Translations under genes and position numbers: made by a program
The notes under the pieces: generated by a model
Told to the model about the DNA's origin: nothing
The model's database searches: none
What the model saw: only the letters and a program-made list of their open reading frames with translations
Part shown: in pieces, positions 36,007 through 44,195 of the stretch
How positions within the stretch are numbered: the stretch's first letter is position 1
How the letters are laid out: the number at the start of each line of letters is the position of its first letter
Assembly (NCBI GenBank): GCA_902783135.1
Contig: CACZPY010000336.1
Span: 1 to 47,458, forward strand
Source of the DNA: an uncultured bacterium
GTDB lineage: Bacteria; Verrucomicrobiota; Lentisphaeria; Victivallales; Victivallaceae
DNA length: 47,458 bases
Reading direction: 5' to 3'

Positions 36007-36605
36007 AGATCGCGGGCGCGGCACTTATGACCGGAACTTCGGAGTTCCGCACGTTGCACCGGCGCGGGCGCTTCGGCGCCTTCGCCGACCTCAACGCGGC
36101 GCGGCTGGCGCTGACGCGCCGCCCCGACATGCCCCATTGCGACCTCAACGACTTCGGGCGCGGCGGAGCGACCGTGCGCCGGGTGACGCTCACGGCGCTG
36201 CTGACCGCGTGGGACGCGGGCGGCGGACAACTCGCCGACGCCGGAGTCGTCGGCTGGAACGGAGACGGATGCACGGCGGAAAATCTGAACTACTGGAACG
36301 ACTACCTCGAATGCGGGCGCGAAGCGGGACGGGGCGGATTGTTCGTGGCGACCTTGCCGACGATCCCCTACTGCGAAGCCGCGATCGCCCTCGGCTGCCG
36401 GGGCGGCGTCGCCTATTTCCGCACCGCGCCCTCGACGGGGCGGTTGTGGGAGCTCCTCGCGGCGGCTCCGGCGGGGCGTTATCTCTGCGGCGAAGTCACC
36501 GGGGACAGCGTCTGCATGATGCTGACGGACACCCGGCTGCCCGGTGCCCCCCTGCACGATCGACCCCGCTTGAACGCGGTCTTTGCCGCGCTGGAGGAAC
36601 GATGA
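36003..36605 (+). CDS. KS-related protein lacking the catalytic Cys (chain-length-factor-like, ApeC position)
   Basis: 200 aa, coupled by ATGA to the preceding KS. It has a thiolase-like N-terminal pattern (MKIAGAALMTG.., ..LFVATLPTIPYCEAAIALGCRGGVAYF..) but no C-H-H triad. Confidence 0.55.
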   Translation: MKIAGAALMTGTSEFRTLHRRGRFGAFADLNAARLALTRRPDMPHCDLNDFGRGGATVRRVTLTALLTAWDAGGGQLADAGVVGWNGDGCTAENLNYWNDYLECGREAGRGGLFVATLPTIPYCEAAIALGCRGGVAYFRTAPSTGRLWELLAAAPAGRYLCGEVTGDSVCMMLTDTRLPGAPLHDRPRLNAVFAALEER

Positions 36606-37768
36606 AGATCGCCTGCGTCATACCGCACTACAACCACTTCGGCACCGTGCTGACGGTCGCCGCCGGGGCGCGCCGCCACTTGGAGGACGTCCGGGTGATC
36701 GACGACGGCAGCGGCGCCGTACCGGAGGGTTTCGCGGAAAATCTCGCCGCGCTGGGCGTCCGGCTGCTCCGCCACGACCGCAACCGCGGCAAGGGAGCGG
36801 CGCTGCTCACGGCGGCGCGGGAACTCGCCGCCGACGGCGTGACCCACATGATCGTGATCGACGCGGACGGTCAGCACGACCCGGAAGTGTTGCCGCGCTT
36901 CGTCGCCGCGATCAAAGAACATCCCGACGCCGTCGTCGTCGGCTGCCGCGACTTCGCGCACGCGGCGGAGGTGCCGCGCGCGAGCCGCTTCGGACGGGGC
37001 TTTTCCAACTTCTGGTGCCGCCTCGAGACCGGGGTCAAATGTTCCGACACCCAGAGCGGGTTCCGGGCATATCCCGTTTCCGGACTGACCGCGTTGCGCT
37101 TCCGCTGCCGCCGCTACAACTTCGAGATCGAGGCGCTGGTGAAACTGTTGTGGAGCGGATATTCGCTCGTCGAGCTGGACATCCCCGTAAGTTACACCCC
37201 GCCCGGAGGCCGGATCAGCCACTTCGACCCGTGGCGGGACAATCTGCGGTTGACCTTGCTCCACACTTGCCTCGTGACCCGGCAGCTGCTCCCCGTGCCG
37301 CACCGCAAGTTGGTCAGATCGTCCGCCCCGGCATGCGGCTGGGGGGAACTGCTGCACCCCGTCGCATTTCTGCGTCGTCTGCTCCGGGAAAACGCCGATC
37401 CGGCGGGGCTCGCCGCCAGCGCCGCGGTCGGCACGTTCCTCGCGGTGCTGCCGCTGGTGGGCATCCACATGGCGGTGATACTGTACGTCTGCATCCGGCT
37501 GAAGCTCAACAAGGTGATGGCGCTGACGATCCAGAATCTCTTCATGCCGCCATTGTCGCCGTTCCTGTGCATCGAGACCGGATACTTCATGCGTCACGGC
37601 AGGTTCTGGACCACGTTCACGCTGCGCGACTGCCTCGGCGAACTCCATCTGCGGCTGTACGAATGGCTGCTGGGCAGTCTGCTGCTCGCGCCGTTGTTCG
37701 CGGTCGCAGCGTGGATCGCAGTCTACGCGGCGGCATCCGCCGTCCGCGCGCGGAGGGAACGCGCATGA
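36602..37768 (+). CDS. Family 2 glycosyltransferase fused to a DUF2062-like membrane domain (ApeJ position)
   Basis: 388 aa. Motifs ACVIPHYNH, ..IDDGSG.., ..NRGKGAAL.. and ..IDADGQHDP.. are present. The C-terminal ~130 aa are hydrophobic (..AAVGTFLAVLPLVGIHMAVILYVCIRL..). Confidence 0.8.
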   Translation: MKIACVIPHYNHFGTVLTVAAGARRHLEDVRVIDDGSGAVPEGFAENLAALGVRLLRHDRNRGKGAALLTAARELAADGVTHMIVIDADGQHDPEVLPRFVAAIKEHPDAVVVGCRDFAHAAEVPRASRFGRGFSNFWCRLETGVKCSDTQSGFRAYPVSGLTALRFRCRRYNFEIEALVKLLWSGYSLVELDIPVSYTPPGGRISHFDPWRDNLRLTLLHTCLVTRQLLPVPHRKLVRSSAPACGWGELLHPVAFLRRLLRENADPAGLAASAAVGTFLAVLPLVGIHMAVILYVCIRLKLNKVMALTIQNLFMPPLSPFLCIETGYFMRHGRFWTTFTLRDCLGELHLRLYEWLLGSLLLAPLFAVAAWIAVYAAASAVRARRERA

Positions 37769-38694
37769 GCACACCGCAACCCCTCAACGCCAGCCGCGGC
37801 AACCGCTTCGGCATCGGATTCTTCCGGGTGCTTCTGCACTGCGGGACCTTCGGTTTCGCGCTGTGGTCCAGCCGGATCGTGACGTGGTTCTACGCCCGCT
37901 TCGACCGCCGCGCCTTCGCGGCTACGGCGGATTATCTGAAACTGCGTTTTCCGGAGGACGCGGATTCGGAGCGGCGGCTCCGGCGGCACTTCCACAAACT
38001 CCTGAACGAACTCGCCAAAATGCTGATCGTCTCGTACCGCATGGGCATCGGCAAAGCGCTGCCGATCGAGGAGGAGGACCGCCGCTTCCTCCCCGAAAAC
38101 GGCGGGGCGGTGATCGTCCTCGCCCACTACGACTGCTGGCAGGCGGCGATGGAACTCATGAACCACTGTTCCGGGAGGCGCATCAACATCATGGCGCACT
38201 CCGACCGCGCGATCGGAGCGGACAAATATCTGGCGCTGAAAGACAAAACCGGCTTCAACGTGATCTCGACCGAAGGTTTTTCCGGCGGTCTCGTCGAAGC
38301 GAGCGCCGCGCTGGAACGCGGCGAAGCGGTGATCCTCATGGGCGACCGGCCGGTCCCCGGCACGGCGGCGGTCGAAGCGGAATATCTGGGCGGCAGGATC
38401 GCCGTTCCGCTGTCGCCTTGGATGCTCGCGGCGCGCAACAACGTGCCGGCGATCCCGGTTTTGACCGAGCTCCGGGAAGATCCGCAGCGGATCGTGATCC
38501 GCTACTATCCGCCCGTGCCGCTCCCGGATTCTCCGGGGCACCGGCTCCGCGCGGCGGATCTCGCTCCGGCGGCGGCGCAGTACGTCAAACTGCTGGAGGA
38601 CGCCGCCCGGCGCAACCCCTACCGGGTGTTCCGCTTCGGCGGCACCGGAGAAGACAGATCGAATGTTCTCGAAACACCAAATAAAAGGGAATGA
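37765..38694 (+). CDS. LpxL/HtrB-family (lipid A-type late) acyltransferase-like protein
   Basis: 309 aa with an N-terminal hydrophobic segment. The region ..VIVLAHYDCWQAAME.. sits where this family has H-x-G-N-W-E. The call is from general pattern and context. Confidence 0.6.
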   Translation: MSTPQPLNASRGNRFGIGFFRVLLHCGTFGFALWSSRIVTWFYARFDRRAFAATADYLKLRFPEDADSERRLRRHFHKLLNELAKMLIVSYRMGIGKALPIEEEDRRFLPENGGAVIVLAHYDCWQAAMELMNHCSGRRINIMAHSDRAIGADKYLALKDKTGFNVISTEGFSGGLVEASAALERGEAVILMGDRPVPGTAAVEAEYLGGRIAVPLSPWMLAARNNVPAIPVLTELREDPQRIVIRYYPPVPLPDSPGHRLRAADLAPAAAQYVKLLEDAARRNPYRVFRFGGTGEDRSNVLETPNKRE

Positions 38695-38697
38695 CCA

Positions 38698-38967
38698 ATG
38701 AACGAAGATGTGAGCGCTTTCCGCAGGGAACTCAAGGAAAACCTCGTCGACTGGCTGCAGCTGATGGACAAGACCGCCGACGACGTCAAGGACGAAGAAC
38801 CGCTCTTCAAGGAGGGGTTGGGGCTGGACTCGTTGGACGCGGTCGAGATCGTGATCATGATGCAGCGCAAGTACGGTATCCCGCAGTCCGCGGTGGAGAA
38901 CCGGCGCGAGATCTTCGCGACCTTCGCCACGCTCGCGGACTTCATCATGGCCAACCGCACCAAATGA
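38698..38967 (+). CDS. Acyl carrier protein (second ACP)
   Basis: 89 aa with the motif GLGLDSLDAVEIV. AAAAGGGA lies upstream of the ATG. Confidence 0.85.
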   Translation: MNEDVSAFRRELKENLVDWLQLMDKTADDVKDEEPLFKEGLGLDSLDAVEIVIMMQRKYGIPQSAVENRREIFATFATLADFIMANRTK

Positions 38968-38977
38968 GGTCTTGACC

Positions 38978-40879
38978 ATGTCACGCGCCGGAATCAGCGG
39001 AATGGGCGTCGTCTCGGCGCTCGGCGACGGGACGACAGTCACCCGGAGCGCCCTGTACGCCCCGGCGACGCCGACGCCCCGGGTGCCGGGCCGCTTCGAA
39101 ACGAAACTGGATCTGCCGGTCTTCGAGATCCCGGAACCCGACGTCGCGGCGGAAGCGGGCACCGGTCTGCCGGTGCGGTTCCTGCTGCACGCCCTCGACG
39201 AGGCGCTGACGAATGCGAAGATCTCACGCGATGAACTGCGCGCGCGGCGCGTCGGAATCGCCGTCGGCACCACCGTGGCGTGCCAGTTGGACAACATCCC
39301 CTGCTACGACCGCATCCGCAAGGGCGATCTGAGCGACCTTTCCCCCTCGCTGCCCTATGTGACGCGGATGCCCGCCGAGTATCTGCGGCGGCTTCTCGGC
39401 ACGACCGGACCGGCGGTCACGGTCTCCAACGCCTGCGCCTCCGGTGCGGACGCGCTGATGATCGCGCTGGAGTGGCTGCGCACCGGACGCTGCGACCTCG
39501 TGATCGCGGGCGGCTGCGACTCGGTGAGCAAAGTCGCCTTCAACGGCTTCAACGCGCTGCGCGTCTGCTCCGGCGCGCCCTGCCGCCCCTTCGACGCGGA
39601 GCGTTCGGGGCTGAACCTCGGCGACGCCGCCGGAGTACTGATCCTCGAAGCGCCGGAGCACGCCGCCGCGCGCGGCGTCAAAGCGGAATACGAACTCGGC
39701 GGCGCGGGCAAGACCGCCGACGGTTTCCACATCACCCAGCCGGAAAGTTCCGGAAAGGAACTGGAGCGGGCGATACGCCTCGCCCTCGAACAGGCGGAAC
39801 TGACGCCAAACGATATCGAATTCGTGAACGCCCACGGCACGGGAACACCGGTCAACGACCGCGTCGAAGGCGCGGTGCTGGCACGGGTATTCGGCGGCAA
39901 GGTGCGCTACCAGTCGACCAAGGCGCTCACCGGGCACACCCTCGGTGCGGCGGGGGCGATCGAAGCGATATTCTCGTGCCTCATGCTCGCAGAGCGCCGC
40001 GCCGCCGCCGGACGCCGCTGCGAACACCCCGATCCGGAAGTGCCGGTGCCGCCGCTTCCGGAAAGCGTGTCCGTAACCGGGAATGCCGCCGTTTCGACCT
40101 CGCTCGCCTTCGGCGGCTCGAACACCGCGCTCGCGCTCCGCAAATGCCGACCTGAGGTTCCGGATATCGGGATCGGAAAATCGTATATCGCCGGATTCGC
40201 ATTCCTCACGCCCCATGTCCCGGATAAGGAGGAACTCGTCGCGCTCTGCCGCAAGTACGCGCTGCGCCGTCCCGACCGGCTGACCCAACTGGCGCTGGCG
40301 GCGGCGGAACGGCTCGCCCCCCTCCCCGGCGGAGCCGATACCGCACTCATCACGGTCACCGGTTACGGTCCCGCCTCGACCACCTGCCGGGTGATCGACG
40401 ACATATTGGACTATCCCGAGGAGGAGATACTGCCGACGGGTTTTTCGCACTCGGTGATCAACGCGGCGGCATCCTATATCAGCGCGGCGCACCACATCCA
40501 CGGACCGACCTTCGCGCTGGTCGGGTTCGACGACCCCTTCCGCGAAGCGGCGGATCTGGCGCAGGTGCTGCTCTCGGAAGAAGTCTGCCGACGGGTGCTG
40601 ATCGTCGCCGCCGACGAGGGAAGTCCGATCTCGCGCGCGGTGGAAACGCTGCGCCGCGACGGGATCCCCGCCGCCGCCGAAGGGGCTTGCGCGCTGCTGC
40701 TCGCCGCCGATCCGGCGGAAAACCGCCTGGGCACGCTGGAGATCGCGGCGGAAACAGGAAACGACGACCGGTGTCTGCCCTGCGGCATCCCGAAGTCGCT
40801 GATCGCGCAACTCGGTTCCGCCGACTCCGGCTCCCGCACGATACTCGCAGGAGTGAAGCCGCCGTCGTGGAGGTCGTAA
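38978..40879 (+). CDS. Beta-ketoacyl synthase fused to a C-terminal KS-like, Cys-less (CLF-like) domain
   Basis: The KS part has ..VSNACASG.., ..NAHGTGT.. and ..TGHTLGAAG.. and ends near ..AFGGSNTALALRK (about 40150). A ~230-aa second domain follows (..ILPTGFSHSVINAAASYISAAHHIHGPTFAL..VLIVAADEG..) without a catalytic triad. ATG 38978 was chosen; TTG 38972 heads the track ORF. Confidence 0.8.
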   Translation: MSRAGISGMGVVSALGDGTTVTRSALYAPATPTPRVPGRFETKLDLPVFEIPEPDVAAEAGTGLPVRFLLHALDEALTNAKISRDELRARRVGIAVGTTVACQLDNIPCYDRIRKGDLSDLSPSLPYVTRMPAEYLRRLLGTTGPAVTVSNACASGADALMIALEWLRTGRCDLVIAGGCDSVSKVAFNGFNALRVCSGAPCRPFDAERSGLNLGDAAGVLILEAPEHAAARGVKAEYELGGAGKTADGFHITQPESSGKELERAIRLALEQAELTPNDIEFVNAHGTGTPVNDRVEGAVLARVFGGKVRYQSTKALTGHTLGAAGAIEAIFSCLMLAERRAAAGRRCEHPDPEVPVPPLPESVSVTGNAAVSTSLAFGGSNTALALRKCRPEVPDIGIGKSYIAGFAFLTPHVPDKEELVALCRKYALRRPDRLTQLALAAAERLAPLPGGADTALITVTGYGPASTTCRVIDDILDYPEEEILPTGFSHSVINAAASYISAAHHIHGPTFALVGFDDPFREAADLAQVLLSEEVCRRVLIVAADEGSPISRAVETLRRDGIPAAAEGACALLLAADPAENRLGTLEIAAETGNDDRCLPCGIPKSLIAQLGSADSGSRTILAGVKPPSWRS

Positions 40880-40915
40880 CATCCCCCCCGAAAACCCATT
40901 TTTGACGGTGAAGAT

Positions 40916-40944
40916 TTGCAATCCGCGCCGAAGTATTGTACATT
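40916..40944 (+). promoter_or_regulatory. Candidate internal promoter (TTGCAA-17 nt-TACATT) in the only sizeable gap of the cluster
   Basis: Read in the 162-nt AT-richer intergenic region between 40879 and 41042. Confidence 0.3.
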
Positions 40945-41041
40945 ATTATCATATCGTGTTAAAGTCCATGCCGCCCGCGATGCGGAGCATCTGTCGTGAC
41001 GGCGTAAAACAATCGGTCACAGGCCGGGGAAAGGTGAAATC

Positions 41042-41215
41042 ATGAAGAAAAAGACCCTTGTCAGCATCATCATCGTCGTCGTCATCGCCGCCGCCGGAGC
41101 CGTCGCGTGGTACTGCTACAACGAATCGCAGAAGAGCGGCTTCGTCAAGGGCGCCGAGAAGACCGAAAAGTGGAGCAAGGACGTCGCGCGCGACACCAAG
41201 AACCTCTTCAAGTAA
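41042..41215 (+). CDS. Small single-pass membrane protein (57 aa), below the ORF-track length cut-off
   Basis: My translation: MKKKTLVSIIIVVVIAAAGAVAWYCYNESQKSGFVKGAEKTEKWSKDVARDTKNLFK, stop TAA 41213-41215. AAAGGTGA lies 5 nt upstream of the ATG. It has a KKK n-region, an 18-20-aa hydrophobic helix and an amphipathic, Lys-rich tail. Confidence 0.5.
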   Translation: MKKKTLVSIIIVVVIAAAGAVAWYCYNESQKSGFVKGAEKTEKWSKDVARDTKNLFK

Positions 41216-41287
41216 TTCGGCATCCGAATCTTGATCAACGCCTTAAAGCGCGTAATCATTCGAGCCGCACCCCGCCGGTTGCCGCGC

Positions 41288-42217
41288 ATGATCGCCGGCG
41301 GCGGGGTGATGTTTTTGCTGTCCGGGTGTTTCCTCATGGTCTCGCCGGAGCATCCGTGCGGAGAGATCCCCCAAGTCCGTCCCGGCGACGCCGGTTACTA
41401 CCAGTTGAGCGACGGCGACGATTTCAGTTGTATGCGCATCCATCTGCCGCCCGACTCCGTGCCGCGTCCGGTGCCGGCGGCGGTGATCTTCCCCGGCGGC
41501 GCCTACGGGGTGCTCGCCATCGACAAGGAGGGCAACGACTACGCCCGTTTTCTGAACCGCTACGGCATCGCCGGGATCGTCGTCAAGTATCCGCTCGGAT
41601 CGCTCTTCGGGCACTTCCGCCGTCACCCGGATATGCTCAACGCCGCACAGCGAGCGATCCGCCTGACGCGCTGTTACGCCCCGCAGTTGGGGATCGACCC
41701 GCATAAGATCGGCGTGATGGGTTCCTCGGCGGGAGGTCATCTGGCGGGGCTCGCCATCGTATGCGACAACCGCCCCGATCCCCGCGCCGCGGATCCCGTG
41801 GAGCGGCTGTCCGCCCGCCCGGACTTCGCGATCTTATGTTACCCCGTGGTCACCATGGAGGGCGAACGCGCCCACAAACTCAGCCGCAGCAATCTGATCG
41901 GCGACACGCCGTCTTCGGAGCTCCAAAGGGAACTGTCGCTGGAACAGCAGATACCGGACGACTGTCCGCCGGTTTTTCTGTGGACGACCCGGGAGGACCG
42001 CACCGTCGATCCGGAAAACTCGAGGATGCTCGAGATCGCGTTGCTTCGCAAAAATATACCGCACCGCTTCATCCTGTACGAACGCGGACCGCACGGCATG
42101 GGGCTCTTGTCGCCCTCCGAAGCCGAAAAGTACCCCGAGACCGCCAAGTGGTCGCTGGAGATGATAAAATTCCTGCGCGAACAGGGGATCCTCGCCCCGC
42201 AGCCGGAGGCGAAATGA
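41288..42217 (+). CDS. Alpha/beta-hydrolase (esterase/lipase-type) lipoprotein
   Basis: The start was taken at MIAGGGVMFLLSGC (lipobox LSGC). It has the nucleophile elbow GVMGSSAGGH and a C-terminal ..GPHGMG.. His region. Confidence 0.75.
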   Translation: MIAGGGVMFLLSGCFLMVSPEHPCGEIPQVRPGDAGYYQLSDGDDFSCMRIHLPPDSVPRPVPAAVIFPGGAYGVLAIDKEGNDYARFLNRYGIAGIVVKYPLGSLFGHFRRHPDMLNAAQRAIRLTRCYAPQLGIDPHKIGVMGSSAGGHLAGLAIVCDNRPDPRAADPVERLSARPDFAILCYPVVTMEGERAHKLSRSNLIGDTPSSELQRELSLEQQIPDDCPPVFLWTTREDRTVDPENSRMLEIALLRKNIPHRFILYERGPHGMGLLSPSEAEKYPETAKWSLEMIKFLREQGILAPQPEAK

Positions 42218-43464
42218 TGGAACGCCGCGTGGTCGTGACCGGGCTCGGCGCCGTGTCCTGCGCCGGGAACAGCGTGCCGGAATTGTGGGAAAGCCTCGTT
42301 TCGGGGCGCAGCGGCATCGGCAAAATCACCCTCTTCGACCCGGCTGGACTCTCCTGTCCGGTCGGCGAGGTGCGCGACTTCGTCCTCACGGACGTGACCG
42401 GCAAGGAGGCGCGGCGGATGTCGCGCAACACCAAATTCGCGATCGGCGCCGCCAGCGAAGCAATGGCGATGGCGCGCCTCGAACGCGACCCCGAAAAACG
42501 CGGCGGCGACCCGTTCCGCTTCGGCGTGCTCTTTGCCAACGCCGCGGGCGGCGTCGAAGAGTACGATCAAAACGCCGAAACGCTCGCCCGGCGCGGTCCC
42601 GACGGGATATCCCCATTCTTCGTGCCCAAGTACATCTCCAACGCCGCGGGCGGCATGCTGGCGATCCGCTGGGGACTGCGCGGACCCAATTTCAACCCGG
42701 TGTCGGCGTGCGCCTCCGGCGCCCACGCGATCGGCGAAAGCTGGTGGATGATCCGGCGCGGCGACGCCGAGTTGATGCTCGCAGGCGGCACCGAAGCCTG
42801 TCTGACGCGGCTGCTGACGAGCGGCTTCAATTCTCTCACGGCGCTGAGCCGTTCCACCGCCCCCGAGCGCGCCTGCCGCCCCTTCGATCTGAACCGCGAC
42901 GGCTTCGTGCTGGCGGAGGGGGCGGGCGCATTGGTGCTGGAGGAACTGGAACACGCCCGGAAACGCGGCGCGGAGATCCTCGCCGAAGTCGCCGGCTACG
43001 GCGCCAGCTGCGACGCCACCCACATCACCGCCCCCGATCCCTCGGGTGCGGGGTTGGCGTATGCGATACGCCGCGCGTTGGAAACGGCGGGCGCCCTTCC
43101 CTCCGAGGTGGGCGCGGTCTACGCCCACGGCACCGGCACGGTCGCCAACGACCGGGTCGAAGCGAAGACGCTCGCCGCGGTCTTCGGCGACGCACTGCCG
43201 GGGATCCGGGTCAGCGCCATAAAGAGCATGATCGGCCACGCGCTTTCGGCGTCGGGAGCGCTCGCCGCGATCGCGGCGGTGCGGACCTTGGAGACCGGGA
43301 TACTGCCGCCGACGATCAATTACACGACGCCCGATCCGGAGTGCGCACTCGACGTGAACCCCGGAAAAGCGGCGAAGATCGATCCTGCGATGGTGCTGAT
43401 CGACGCCCTGGGGTTCGGCGGCCACAACGCCGCGTTGATATTCAAAAGATGGGAAGGACGATGA
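42214..43464 (+). CDS. fabF: Beta-ketoacyl-ACP synthase II
   Basis: 416 aa with ..PVSACASGAH.., ..YAHGTGT.. and ..MIGHALSASG... ATGA overlap with the hydrolase. Confidence 0.9.
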   Translation: MMERRVVVTGLGAVSCAGNSVPELWESLVSGRSGIGKITLFDPAGLSCPVGEVRDFVLTDVTGKEARRMSRNTKFAIGAASEAMAMARLERDPEKRGGDPFRFGVLFANAAGGVEEYDQNAETLARRGPDGISPFFVPKYISNAAGGMLAIRWGLRGPNFNPVSACASGAHAIGESWWMIRRGDAELMLAGGTEACLTRLLTSGFNSLTALSRSTAPERACRPFDLNRDGFVLAEGAGALVLEELEHARKRGAEILAEVAGYGASCDATHITAPDPSGAGLAYAIRRALETAGALPSEVGAVYAHGTGTVANDRVEAKTLAAVFGDALPGIRVSAIKSMIGHALSASGALAAIAAVRTLETGILPPTINYTTPDPECALDVNPGKAAKIDPAMVLIDALGFGGHNAALIFKRWEGR

Positions 43465-44195
43465 TGAACGAAAAAAATCGCACCGCATTGATAATCGGCG
43501 GCTGCCGGGGCATCGGACGGGAGATCACGCTCCGGTTGGCGCGGGACGGCTTCGACGTGGTGCCGAGTTGCCGGAAGCGCGGCGCGGAGGCGGAAGCCTT
43601 GCTCGACGAAGTGCGGCGCGCCGGGGGGAATTGCCGGATACTGGAACTCGACGTCCGCGACCGCGACGGCGCCCGCCGCATCCTTGACGCCGAATTCGCC
43701 GACCGCGCCCCCGACGCGGTCGTCTACAACTCCGGCATCGCCAAGGACAACCTCTTCGTCTTCATGGACGGCGAGCAGTGGGACGACGTGCTGGACACCA
43801 ATCTCAAAGGCTTCTACAACACCGTGCAGCCGCTCGTCTTCGGCATGCTCGCCAAACGCGGCGGGCGGATCGTGGCGATCAGTTCCGCCTCGGGGCAGAC
43901 CGGTCAGGCGGGACAGGTGAATTACTCCGCCTCCAAGGCGGGACTGATCGGCGCGGTCAAGGCGCTCGCCCGCGAAGTCGGCCGCAAGGGGGTGCTGGTC
44001 AACGCCGTCGCCCCGGGAGTCATCGATACCGAAATGACGAAGGACCTCCCCAAAGACATGATGCTGCCGCTGATCCCGCTGCGGCGCTTCGGCAGCGCGG
44101 CGGAGGTGGCGGGGGTCGTGAGTTTCCTCTGCGGCCCCGACAGCACCTACATCCACGGGCAGGTGATCGCGGTCAACGGCGGATTGGTCATATGA
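43461..44195 (+). CDS. fabG: 3-oxoacyl-ACP reductase (SDR; ApeQ/FabG-type)
   Basis: 244 aa with ..IIGGCRGIGR.., ..NSGI.. and ..YSASKAG.. (YxxxK). The ..IHGQVIAVNGG.. C-terminus is typical of FabG. Confidence 0.9.
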   Translation: MMNEKNRTALIIGGCRGIGREITLRLARDGFDVVPSCRKRGAEAEALLDEVRRAGGNCRILELDVRDRDGARRILDAEFADRAPDAVVYNSGIAKDNLFVFMDGEQWDDVLDTNLKGFYNTVQPLVFGMLAKRGGRIVAISSASGQTGQAGQVNYSASKAGLIGAVKALAREVGRKGVLVNAVAPGVIDTEMTKDLPKDMMLPLIPLRRFGSAAEVAGVVSFLCGPDSTYIHGQVIAVNGGLVI

